Positions 14,073 through 26,048 of a stretch of DNA of 64,000 bases are shown here, one piece after another. Within the stretch, counting starts at the first letter, position 1. Each line of letters opens with the position of its first letter. A program made the translations under genes and the position numbers. Below the pieces are notes generated by a model, which did not search any database, was not told where the DNA came from, and saw nothing but the letters and a program-made list of their open reading frames with translations. The DNA is from Vicugna vicugna. Taxonomy: Eukaryota. Location of the stretch: positions 6,476,522 through 6,540,521 of the forward strand of contig MU058781.1 in NCBI GenBank assembly GCA_013265495.1. Reading direction: 5' to 3'.

Positions 14073-14970
14073 GTGAGAAAACCAGGCCTTGAGGCAATCT
14101 CCCTCTGGCTCCAGGCACACAGATCTCCCGGTGCCCACAGTGATGGCTACATGGTTCCACCCCAGTCCCCTGTAGGCAGGGAGCTGTGCGTTCTTCATCT
14201 CAAGGTAGATGAGCTCAGTGGGCTGTTGGGTGGATCAGAAAGAAGAACTCGGAGAGTCTGGTTCTGAATTGACCACCTCACTGCATCACTACTTCCGGTT
14301 CTGATGCTTCAGCCTCAGCTAAGCCAAGGTATCAAGATCAAGTGAAATAAAAATGACAAACAGAACCTCAGTCCTCAAGCAGTGTACAAAAAGTGTTGCC
14401 AGAAACTTTATGCAAATATATTTTTGCGTTGCATGGGTAATAGGAATGATGATGTAAGTGTTCCTACATGTTGGGCTAGGAGCTAAGAACCAAACATTCC
14501 AGCTATTTCTCTGGCTCCAACTGGCTGTTTTGTCCCCTCATCTGCAAAGGAAGGAAAGGGACTCATAACCCTTAAGTGGATTCCATTCGCTGACATAGGC
14601 TTACTGGAATGCCCTAACTTTTTAAAGCTATGTCTGATGGAATATGTCATGGGAATGATTCAGCCATATCAGAAGTAAGTCACAGGATCCTTTATGGCAA
14701 GATGGTTTGCTTTTTGCAGAATTTTTATCTGTCATCTTACCTCCTTCAAGAAGAGGTTCCTCAAGTTAAAAAATACTTACAGTACTTCTATTAACTGTAA
14801 ACTTACACAGGTCTCAGACTCTGCATAGTAAGCTTGAGAAAACAGTGGACTGTTAGGAAAATAGCATTACCCAAAATTCACGTGCTGTTTACATCCTGCT
14901 GATCCCAAAAGTTAGGGACATTCCCTTTGCATAAAATACCAAGAAATGTGTCTATGTGTTACCTTCCCAG

Positions 14971-15146
14971 GGCTCCGGCACGTTACAGATGAACAGAAGA
15001 CATACAAGAATCCCAGTCTACGGACTCACGGAGGACAGACTCCATCTCCTACCAAAAGCCACAGTCCAGGCCCCAAGTCTCCCCAGTCTCATCCTCCTAA
15101 GAAACATGCCCCTGTCTTAGAGTTGGAAGGGAAGAAATGGAGAGTA
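14971..15146 (+). CDS. CAP2: CAP2 exon: end of WH2, P2 region, start of CARP domain
   Basis: ttcccag|GG ... GTA|gtgagt; 176 nt, phase matches; LRHVTDEQKTYKNPSLR...PVLELEGKKWRV. Confidence 0.96.
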
Positions 15147-15359
15147 GTGAGTGAAGCCCTTTAACCTTTATTCCTGACGCGCTCCAAAAAAAGGGGCGAT
15201 GACTCAAGTGTTCGCCAAGGTCTTAAGGATTTCTGAGTGACATGACAGAGCCAAAAGTCACTGGCTAGAATAGAACCCAGGGCCTTTCAGGATACTTCCA
15301 TAAATGTTTTTTGTTTTTCATTATTCTCATGCATTCTCATCTTTAACTTTCGAAAATTT

Positions 15360-15612
15360 ATTTTTTAAATTGTGGTAAAACACACACAGCACAAAATTTA
15401 CCATTTGAACATTTAAGTGTGGCATTCAGTACGTGTTCAGTGACATTAAGTACATTCACACTGTTGTGCAACCATCACCACCGTCTACCCACAAAACTCT
15501 TTCATCTGGTAAAACTGAAACTCTGTACCCCTTAAACAGTAATTCCCCATTGCGCCTCACTTCAGCCCCTGGCAACTGCCTTTCTCCTTTTGATCTCCAT
15601 GAATTTGACTGC
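15360..15612 (-). mobile_element. L1M 3'-end fragment
   Basis: ttttttaaattgtggtaaaa...ttaagtacattcacactgttgtgcaaccatcacc...gaatttgact. Confidence 0.8.
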
Positions 15613-16221
15613 TCTTTCCATAAGCTTTTCTTCTGTCCCCCATTCTAATCTACTGTAGGATGTTTCATTCTCTCCACTGACAGAGGTGCTGGTAGAACTT
15701 ACCGCTTCAACCCACCAGTCTGAGCAGGACAAAGACACTTGGACTGTGGATGGAAGCTGGTGCCCCCTGCCAATCCAAGGGGCTTCCCTAAAGATTGAGG
15801 AACAAAGTCCCCAGAATAGTTGTCATGCTCTAAAAATACACTGGGACTTAGGTCTCTGTTGTGACCCTTACTAGCCTATTTGCCCAACCCCTATTTGCAG
15901 ATTTTTGCTTCAGCGTCAAGTCCAGACTCAGCATCCAGACTCAACAAAAATCTCTCACATCCCTGCTCCAGCCCCCACCCACCAGCTGGGTGCCTGATTC
16001 CTGTTTGCAAATGAACACTGATCCCGGCTTCCAAGCAGCATTGCGATGACAAAGTCAGGCCTGTGGTTTAGTTTAGTCTGTAAGAAAATGGTTCCAAAAG
16101 AAAGAACACATTGAGAAGCTGTAATTAATGAATGCTGAACTCCATAGTAATTTCAGCATGCAAATGACTTAATTTTTCTATAAACCTGTATATTTAATAT
16201 TTCCGTATGTTTTAATTTTAG

Positions 16222-16345
16222 GAGTACCAAGAGGGTAGGAATGACCTTGTGATTTCAGAGACTGAACTGAGACAAGTGGCTTACATTTTCAAATGCAGCA
16301 AGTCTACTCTACAGATGAAAGGGAAAATAAATTCCATCACAATTG
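16222..16345 (+). CDS. CAP2: CAP2 exon, CARP beta-helix domain
   Basis: ttttag|GAG ... ATTG|gtaggt; 124 nt; EYQEGRNDLVISETELRQVAYIFKCSKSTLQMKGKINSITI. Confidence 0.96.
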
Positions 16346-16449
16346 GTAGGTCAGAACTATGGGTCTGCATTTACTATGATAAGTTGCTTTGTATAAATCC
16401 ACTGTATGTATTTAGTAGAGTGGGTTTTTTTTTTTTCTTTTTTTCCTAG

Positions 16450-16532
16450 ACAACTGTAAGAAGTTTGGCCTGGTGTTTGACAATGTGGTGGGCATTGTGG
16501 AAGTGATCAACTCTAAGGACATTCAAATGCAG
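16450..16532 (+). CDS. CAP2: CAP2 exon, CARP domain (follows a 104-nt intron)
   Basis: Long T tract then cctag|AC ... CAG|gtaaat; 83 nt; [28 protein letters not shown]. Confidence 0.96.
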
Positions 16533-17359
16533 GTAAATGGCCATTTCAACCACGCCCAGCCCCCACTGTGGCTTTACCCAGATCATCCACTCTGCTTGCA
16601 AGGGGACCGCCACATCCACATAGAAAATTCCTATTCTCTTTCCCTCTAGACACAGCTGTCTTCACCTCCTCTCTGAAGCCTTCTCTTACTTCTTAGACTA
16701 TGTTAATTTCTCCTTTTCAACCTCTTACAACACATCCTATCTCGCACAGCAATTACTGGTTTACCATTTCTATTTCAAGAGCAGCTAATTAATCTTTACA
16801 GCTCCAGAAATTCATAAGGTACCTGTACGTAGTAGGTGTCCAATAAATGTTTGATGAGTGAATAATAGGAATGGATCAATGAATGAGTGAACCAAAATAC
16901 TAAGAGGTTCTCCAAGCATAATAGTACCATACCAAAGAGAATTTTTTCCCCCTCGGGAAAAATTGGTTCTGGGTAAAGAGGAAGAAAAGTCAATGAGATT
17001 ATCAGAAAAACCACCTGGAAAGTAGGATTGGGAGTGAATTTGCAAAACAAAAAAACCTGCACTGCTTTAGTAATTTTGATTTAGCCAAATGGTATTTTAT
17101 ATTATACCACAAACAAAAGGACTCCTTTCTTTGGCCAACTGTAACTACTAACTTTGATTATACTCTTCTCATGTTGTTAATGCCCCTTATTTGATGTTTC
17201 CTGATAATGTTTGTTAAAATTGGCTTTTCGTTTTATAGAGCTTTCTCTTCTGTTTTACTAGGCTTTTCCCCACTGCCACTTTAATTAGATTAGTACATTC
17301 ATTAGAGGGGCGCACACTTGGAGGTGTATTTTAGGACCATCCCTAAAATCCCCCACCCT

Positions 17360-19090
17360 GTGGGGGAAAAAAAATCAAATTCCTACTTCATACCATGCAT
17401 AGAAGTAAAGTCCTAATTGTCAAAAGAAATACTTTTAAACTTTGAGAATAAAATACAGGAGAAAATCTTTATGGCCTCTGAGTAGAAAAGAAATTAATTA
17501 TGGTTAAAAAGCACAAACTATAACAAAAAAAGATGGATGAATTTAATGACATTAAAATTAAAGTTACATGTTCAACAGAAGACATCATATACAAAGGTGA
17601 AAGACAAGCCATGGATTGAAGAAAGATACTTGCAATGCAGATAATCAAAAAGTATTTATAACCAGAATTTATAAAGAACTTAGTACACATCAATAAGAAA
17701 AAGACTAGCAAACTAATAGAAAAATGGATAAAGAAGTATTTGATAAATATATGAAATTATGCATAACCTACCCAACAGAAGTAGAAATGCAAATTAATAC
17801 CACAATTAGATAGATCTTTTTACACTCATCAGTTTTGAATTCAGGTTTCCTTACTTTGCGAGGGGCATGTTAGCTGAAATTCATACATATCAGAGCCATG
17901 TAACTCGAGGACTGCCTGTATATTAAAAAGTCTGGTGGTACAAAAGTTGTTATGGAAATTGAACAATGGGAACCCTAATACGTTAGTGTTGGGAGAGTAA
18001 GTCTATTACACTCACTGTGAAGAGCAAATTGGCACCATTTAATAAAATCAGAGCTATTCATAGCCCATGACCAAGCAATTCCACTCTTAGGTCTGTATAC
18101 TAAAGAAGTTCTAATACATATGTTGATGAGAGGTGTAAACATGTTTATTGCAGTATTATTCATAATGGCAATAAAAACAAAAACAATTTAAATGTCCACC
18201 AGCTGGTAAATGAATAAATAAATCCACCTAATAGAATACTGTGCAGTAGTTAAAATGAACTACACTTACATGTGTAAAAATAGGTAGATCTCAGAAGCAA
18301 CCTTGAGCTATAAAGGCAAATTACAGAAGAGCAGGCACTGTATAATGTGTCTCTTTTATATAAAGATCAGCAACATGCAAAATAATACACACATGTTAAA
18401 TATCCTTAGGGCTCAAGGCCACCTTAAGCAAGAGACAGAGCTGGTGTGAATGGAAATACAAAATTCAGAAGAGCAAGTTGCATCTGTGGTGGGAAGGGGA
18501 GCGGCCAGTGAGATGGTGGGCGGTATAGAGGGGGCCTCAACTATATTGTAAGATTATAATCCTAAAAAAAGGCAAATGAGCCAGAATGTTAAACTCTGCT
18601 AAAGCTGTTTAGCAGACACAGGTGTATTTATGTATCTGCTATATTATTCTTTGTATGCTTCTATGTTTGAAATAGATCATTTCTAAGGCTATGGGCCTTA
18701 AAATAATCTAGAAGGATAAAGCATGGTTATCTAGCCAAGAGGGATAGGAACTTGGCCACGTGGTTCACAGATGAGAGAGAGACATTTTACTAAATACTTT
18801 CCTAACTTCTGGATGTTCAAATCAAGTGAATGTCATTACCTATTTAAAACATTTAATAAATTATTTTAAAAGGGCCTGGACACAACAGAGACAAAAAGCA
18901 GGTTAATGGTTGTCTGGGGATGAGGACAGAGATTGCTGTAAATGGGCATTAGGGATGTTTTGAGGATGAAGGAAATATTCTAAAACTGAACTGAAGTCAA
19001 GATTACACAACTCTCTATCATTAAATTGTGTGCTTAAAACAGGTGAATTTTATGTTTACACATTTTAAATCCTCAGTGCTACTGTTAAAA
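17360..19090 (+). mobile_element. Old L1MC/ME 3' fragments in a CAP2 intron
   Basis: Degenerate ORF2 C-terminus and 3'UTR motifs (catgaccaagcaattccactcttagg, aatgtccacca). Confidence 0.7.
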
Positions 19091-20953
19091 AGATTGAAAG
19101 GGGGAAAAAAAGGCATGGATGAAAGTTCATTTGATTTAGTTCAGTAATTCTGTTTTTTTGGCAAACTAGCCTAGAAAAATAGTACAAATTATGGGAGTGA
19201 GAAGAAACTAAGATACTATATGGAATTTTTTTTGATTCTATAGAGAAATAAATTTAAGGAAAACAAAATTAATACAGAAGCATGTATTAAATGCTTGAGC
19301 ATTGGCCCGGGCAAGGTCACATGTCACCTGTCACTCAATAGAGGGGCTACTTTTTAGCCCAGTTCTCCTGATACGAAGCAGTGTCTGTTCTCGAAGTGTT
19401 CACAGGCTACCAGAGGAAAAAGGCATGTATATAATTTACTCTAATGAAGTATTGACCAAAATGCTGTGGAAATGACAGTTCTTTTCAGGGCTATTTAAAA
19501 AAATTCTACTGTTTTTCAGATTTTCAGATACATAGATGTTTTAGCACTTTTAACATAATATAGTGCTATATAAACAAAAATGAAATGTATTCTTAATATG
19601 TATTATTATAACAAGCTGGCTTAACACAGCCCCACTCTGTCTCACAAATGACTCACCTCAGACACACTGACAGTTTAGTTCTTTCCCTTTGCTTGCCTGG
19701 TATTCATGCAGTTCTAGTCGGCGTGGAAATGTTCTTCATCATTATAAAATAAACAAATCTAGAAGTTGCCACAACAGTACTGCTGGCACATTCTTGATAT
19801 AAAGATATATGGATTATTGTTATTTTATTTTATTTATGGCAAAGCCCAGTGCTCACCTGACCTTAAACTACCTCTGCTTCGTGTTTTGTTTTGTTTTGTT
19901 TTGTTTTTTTGCACTGGGGCTCAGTTCCAACTCAGTGTCCAGTTTCTACAGGGAGAGGAGAAAACAGAGAAGTGTGGTGACCTGGTTCGACTCCCCTAAG
20001 GAATTCTTTACATCACCTGCACCAGCAACAGGAGTTGCTCCTTTAATTTGCAGTCCAGCCTTTTCTTGGGGTGAAAGAGGAGATGTTTTTATCACCCCAA
20101 TTACCATTACAAGAAGGAAAATTATAGAGTTGTAATGTGGTCACTGGGGAAACAGGCTGCCCCTATAGAGATTTCAGGGGGATGTCTGAAAACTGACTGT
20201 TAAAAGAGAAATTTAAAACTGATCAGAATTGTTACAGCACTTGATATTTGTAACAGTACAAAGAACCACCCCCTCTTGTGTGCAGTACGACTTACCTATA
20301 CAGTGAGTGGCCTGAACCACGTCTCCAGTTTGGGACTCTGAAATTAATACATTTCAAAATACCTAGACACTCATTATCTTATTTAAGCTTCACATTCAGC
20401 CAGTGAGGTTTTTATCTAGGAAAGGACTTACGTGAAAAGAATTGTAGTGTTTCTTATTTATTCTTACTTAGATTCAGGAAAACTCTACTCAATTACAGAA
20501 TAATGTATTTATTCTTAAATGACCGTATTAGTCCGCGTTTTAATCCAACTTTCCTAGAGATTTGTCAAAACTAAAAATTTAAACACATAAAAGCAAATGC
20601 ATCTTATTTCTTTTATCATGAAATCAAATATATGTTTCAAATCCACTAACAGAGTGGGGAGGCTTTTTCTAAACTTTTAACTGCTGTTTTCAAATGTGTC
20701 CCTTTATTTTGTCTCAGGTAAGAGACCCTGAGGTTTGAGAATCCCCTTGTGTGGTCCTTTCATTCTGTCCCCAAATGACACCTACTAATTCACCCTGGAG
20801 ATATGGCCCTTCACCAGTCTCTCCAGCCCTGACCCAGCTGTTCCTAAGGCTTGGTTAGACCCATGGACTGCACTTATTTGGGGATATTGGAATTTCTGTT
20901 TATTTGCTTTGGCCCTAGTTTTGTTTTTGTTTTTGTTTTTTTTTCTATTTCAG

Positions 20954-21094
20954 GTAATGGGGAGAGTGCCAACAATTTCCATTAATAAGACAGAAGGCTG
21001 CCACATATACCTCAGTGAAGATGCATTAGACTGTGAGATTGTGAGTGCCAAGTCATCTGAAATGAATGTACTTATCCCTCAGGATGGTGATTAT
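20954..21094 (+). CDS. CAP2: CAP2 penultimate exon, CARP domain
   Basis: tttcag|GTA ... TAT|gtaagt; 141 nt; [47 protein letters not shown]. Confidence 0.97.
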
Positions 21095-23044
21095 GTAAGT
21101 ACCTTTTAAAAGACTGTAAAGAATTCTTCATTATTAACATTCTTAGAGACTGATTAATCACTTACCAACCTTTGAGCTTCATCTGTAGAAGAGTTCGCAG
21201 GCCAGAGAGGAATCCAGAGAGTTGCCTTTCACATATCTTCTCCCTTGTTAGTTGTTTGACTATGCCCAGTCCTGGATTCGTGATTCTCAAGGCATCTTAC
21301 TAATAATTACCTTAATGGGCTAGCTCTTATCAAATAGTACACCGTGCATCTGAGTTCATATTATTTAAGACTGAATATTTTCTTTTGCTCTGGTGGAGGC
21401 AGACAGAAACGAGGGAGAAATGCTTTGGAGGAACAAAAGGGAGCAAAAGGAGGTAGTAGTAAGTAGACCTGTTTGTATGCGGATTCGTACATCAGTGGTT
21501 CTCAAACTCAGCATAAGAATCAGCTGGGGAACATGATGAAAATACCAGCTCCCAAGCTTTGCACCTAGAAGTTGGATTCAGGAGGCTTGGAGTGGGGTCC
21601 AGGAGTCTGTGGTTTTAATATATCCCAGGCGATGCTGATGCCATCGGTCCCTCCAGTGACCCTTCAGAGAAACACGAGCCTAAGCCACCATGTATTTTCT
21701 TTGTCTCCTCTCCCCAGAGAGCGGTTTCTAGAATAAGCAAGCAGTACGTCTCAAGTATTGAAAAGGAAGTATAAATAAATTCATTTTCTGCATCACGCAG
21801 GGTGGTGGACCTGCTAATTGTTGCTACTTGGAAGCAAGTCATGGCTTCCTACTAGTTGTTGCTTCTTGAAAGAGAGAAGTAAATCCAGAGATAATTCCCT
21901 CTGATGCTAACTGTGCCAGGAAGCCGTGAAACAGGGAAGGGTGGGAGAAAGTGTAACTTAGCAGGCACGCCTTGTAAGAGGGACCTCTGTCAGCCTGCGG
22001 GTGAATCACCGGCCGTCAGCACAGCAGTCAGCACTCGGGTTAATCTCCTGAGGCAGACAACGTGATTGCTGCTGTGTTCCCCTTTCCTCCCCCTGCCAGT
22101 AAGCACTGCCCAGGCACACACCAACTATTGCAGCCCGGAATTCGTTGTTTAAGTCTGAAAAACAAAACTCTGCAAGCACTGGCCATGCTTCACTAGGTAT
22201 CTGGACAGCCTACCCCTGAGCTCGAGAAGAGTCTCCTCTTGGACTTTCCACCTAAAAAAAAAAAGAAAGAAAGAAAGAAAGAAAAACACTACTGAAGAGC
22301 TAAAGCTAACACAGAACAACTTCGGAAGAGGGAAACCAGAACTTGGGGTGATTCCTGGCCTTTGCAGCTGTTTAAGCAGAAGACTCAGCTCCATGGGAAC
22401 TGGATTTGCTCAGAAAAGCTGTAGGGTTTGGATGAGCGCCCCAGACTAATTAAACAAGAGTCCCTGGGTGTGGTACCCAGACATCTGTATGGGTTAAAGC
22501 CTCCCAGGTGATTCAAACGTGGAGGCAAGATTGAGATCCACTGACCTAAAGAATATATAAAGAGTATAGCTCAAAACCTGAGCTTTCATGCTGAAAATGT
22601 CAAGTCTCCCCTCTATAGGTACATTATCTTGTGCCCTCAGTCCGTGGCCTTCTTCATACATTTTCCAGTTGGAGGTAGCAGGAAGCAGTACAGAGGTCCT
22701 GCCGTGGACGTTGTCACCTGGGAATGGATGGCGGGGCTGATTCATCCTGAAAGAGTCAGTCCCCCAAAGAAGATCTGTCATCACGTTACTGTCACTTCAC
22801 TCCCAGAAAAGAGCAGGAGCAGCTGTAGTGCAGTTATGGTCAGAGGTACCTTCACTCTGGAGCCTTCTACCTGTCTTGGTACTTGAGAGCCAACACCAAG
22901 CCTGGTTTACTTATCAAGAAGCGCCCCAGAAAAGATGTTGGTAGCACACACGTGCACATGCACGCATGTGCGCACGCGCACACACACCCACACACACTAG
23001 GTTATTCAGACTATTGCTTCTTTGCTTCATCTTAAGACTTTCCA

Positions 23045-23325
23045 TTGTGTAGATTGACTGTTTCTGTCCCCCCAAAATCTGTATGTTAAAATCCTAACTC
23101 CCAAGGTGATGGTGTTGGGGGGGGGGCTTTGAGCAGTGATTAGGTTGAAATGCTGGGCCCTCATGAATGGGATTAATGACCTTAGAAAAGGGGGCTCCAG
23201 GGAGTTCTCTCAGGCCTTCCACCCTGTGAGGACACAGCAAAAAGATAGCCGTGTAGGAAGCCGGTCCTCACCAGGCACCTTCATCTTGGACTTCCCAACC
23301 TCCAGAACTGTGAAATAAATTTGTC
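23045..23325 (+). mobile_element. MLT1A-like MaLR LTR
   Basis: tgtccccccaaaatctgtatgttaaaatcctaac...gccctcatgaatgggatta...ttggacttcccaacctccagaactgtgaaataaat. Confidence 0.8.
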
Positions 23326-24386
23326 GTCTTCATTAAAAAAAAAAAAGACTCCATTGCAGATTTCACTCAAGGAGAACTCATGAGAGAAAGAGCCTTCCCT
23401 TTAAAGTAAATAAATAAATAGCCCTTCCAAAAGAAACAGCTAGGTCCTGCATCTAGGAAGGAGTGTGTTCCTGTGTGTGTTTCACTGAAACATCCCACCT
23501 CACCAGCAGATGAGCACTGGCACCAGCTTATCACACAGGGTGTGTGTGTACAGAAGTCCAGGGAGGCCACAAAGCTGGGACCGAGGGGACTGCTCCTCAT
23601 CTTCCTTTTCTATCCTCTTCTGCAGGGACTGGGGAAAGGAGAGATTCCAAACTGCTTTTATTTTTAGCTAGTCTGCATTTTTGGGTTTGTTTGTATATAC
23701 GTGTGGCTGTGCATGTGGGTGGGTTAGGGCGTGGTGTATGTGGGTGGTGTCCGCACATGTATTTCCCAATGGGAAGAGGAAGGTAGCAGGATGAAGGGTA
23801 ACAAATTTATATACAACTTGAAGCATGCAATATACAACTTTATATTTCATCCAAGAATAGATAGACACCAGGATAAAGCCTTTACGCAGTGTGACTGGGG
23901 ACCAGCAACCTCGGCACCCCCTTGAAACTTGTTGAAAATGCAGGTTGTCATTCTTTTCCCGAGATCTACTGAATCAGAATCTGCCTTTCAGCAAGATCCC
24001 CAGTTGATTCCTATGTGTGTTTGGGTTTGGTGCAGAGTCGTGGGTAAGAAAGGCTATCTAAAATTTGACCTGCTCAGAGGCTTAACCTCTCAGGCCTCAG
24101 TTCCCTGCAGTGGCAACTCAGTAATATCTAGCTTGTAAGGTTGTTGTAGAGATGAACTGAGTTCACATATATCCAGTGCTTAGAAGGATGCCTGGTCCCT
24201 AGTAAGTGCCAGCTTTAACGAGGATGTTGGGAGGCTGGCAGAGAGCTGACTCGTGACCATGCATCTCTCCACGATGCAGGTTTGGGTTCCATAAAATGTA
24301 TTTGTCCATCACGTGACGCTAATCAGCCTTCCATCTGTTTGCAAAGCCTTGCTTGAAATAACTTTGTTCTTCTTGCCTTTTTCCAG

Positions 24387-24497
24387 AGAGAATTTCCCGT
24401 CCCTGAACAGTTCAAGACAGCATGGGATGGATCCAAGTTGGTCACTGAACCTACAGAAATTATGGTTTCTGAGAGACCACCGAAACCCCTGTCCTGA
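24387..24497 (+). CDS. CAP2: CAP2 last coding exon, with apparent C-terminal extension
   Basis: ttccag|AGA; REFPVPEQFKTAWDGSKLVTEPTEIMVSERPPKPLS*, TGA at 24495-24497. Confidence 0.93.
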   Translation, partial: REFPVPEQFKTAWDGSKLVTEPTEIMVSERPPKPLS

Positions 24498-25835
24498 ATC
24501 TCCCCCATCAAAAAACAAACAAACAAAAACAGCAGCATTAAAGACCTAGAAGTTGCAGTAGCACCTACTCCTTTAGTTTTGGCCTCCAACAACTCCGTGC
24601 TATAGAAACAGCATCATTTCTGGCACGCCTTCGTGGGCATTTTGAAATATTTAATGTTTCTTCATGATTTGCCTTTGTGTGTGATTTGAGTTCCACATGA
24701 TGACTTGTGAGCATTATATATCTAATAGGAAAAAAAAGAGAATCCTTTCCCCTCATATCATTATCACAGTAGCTGAGGGGAAAATATTGCATGACTCACT
24801 TTTACACTTACGTTTAATTGCTAGTTGAAAAATAAAACCTTTGAGAATCTAGGCTCTACATTTTTATCTTTTAGACAGCTTCCTTATACGTAGTTAGTAG
24901 TATGCTCTGAAAAATACGCAATTTTGTTTCCTTATTTTTACCACCTTTATCAGCATGAATACACTGTCAGCCTGAATACATGTTTCAACCTATGTTTTTA
25001 AAACACATAAGAAAGTTCCACACTAAGAGCCATATCCAGTTTCTCGGTCCTTGAAAGACCCGTATGCTTTATAGTTGCCAGAAACCAAAAGTAAATTCTA
25101 ATCATTTATCTTAAATATTTTTCCACCATGTCACTTGGGAAGTTTTTACTTTTCTGCATGAAGATTTTTATGCCAAAAGATGTATGGCAGGAAGCAGGGT
25201 TTGGGGTTTTTTTGTTTTTTTTTTCTTTTGTTGACTATTTAATACCTCCTCACAATTCTGCTCTCAGAACAAACTCAGTTGTTGTTTTCCAGTTTTGAAC
25301 CTGTGAAATATCAGATGCCTTGTAAGGGATGTCTTTAATGTTTTATTATAGACGGTCTTCTTTACCACTTGCCAGACTTGCTAACCAGTCTCAAGAGTGA
25401 AAATGAAAAAGCCATAGTTACACTACAACTTCTAAAACCTAAGGAACTGTCTGTCGGTTTGGCTTGCTGCTCCTATTTTGTAGCATTGATAGGACGTGCT
25501 TTTTCAGCAGAAGAGTAACTCTGATAGTCCTTTTTATCTTTTCAGTACGTAGCACTGAAAACTCTGCAACTTCTTGGATCACGTGTAATGAAGTCTAGTA
25601 TAATGCTTGCAGACCCAGTACAAGCATATATATTGTGCCTAATACAGCCTCTGGAATATATCATTTCCGTTTTTTAAATATCTTCTATAACCGTATAGTA
25701 TTCAAATGACTAATGCTTGTGTATCACAGTTTTGCTATAAAAGTTTTTGTCCATATGAATAATGTGGCTTTAGTAAATGTCTTTTTTTCAACTGTAAACT
25801 TATTCTGAAATAAAGTAAAATTCTAGTTGTTTAAA
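24498..25835 (+). other. CAP2: CAP2 3'UTR
   Basis: AU-rich unique sequence after the stop; AATAAA at 24831-24836 and 25809-25814; 3' end approximate. Confidence 0.75.
25809..25814 (+). terminator. Distal polyadenylation signal of CAP2
   Basis: AATAAA followed by GT/T-rich sequence, shortly before repeat-derived DNA begins. Confidence 0.7.
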
Positions 25836-26048
25836 TACTGTGATGATTTCAAGCTGTTAAATTTTTTTTTCTCTGACCCCTTGCTCATATGTTTAGGGAA
25901 GACAGCTGAACCCTTCTAGTTGTATTAGGGAATTTATTCAGCATGTCGTCAGCTTCCCTGAAGAATAACTTTTTCTAGGTAAATAATCAGATTAAGTCAT
26001 TTGCAGTTGGAAAGACTAATCAGTCAGAAAATTCTAGAATCAAGTTTT

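Noticed and set aside
13786..14267. Poly-Gly (-) and His/Leu-rich (+) ORFs
   Set aside because: Alternative frames of the CAP2 polyproline exon.
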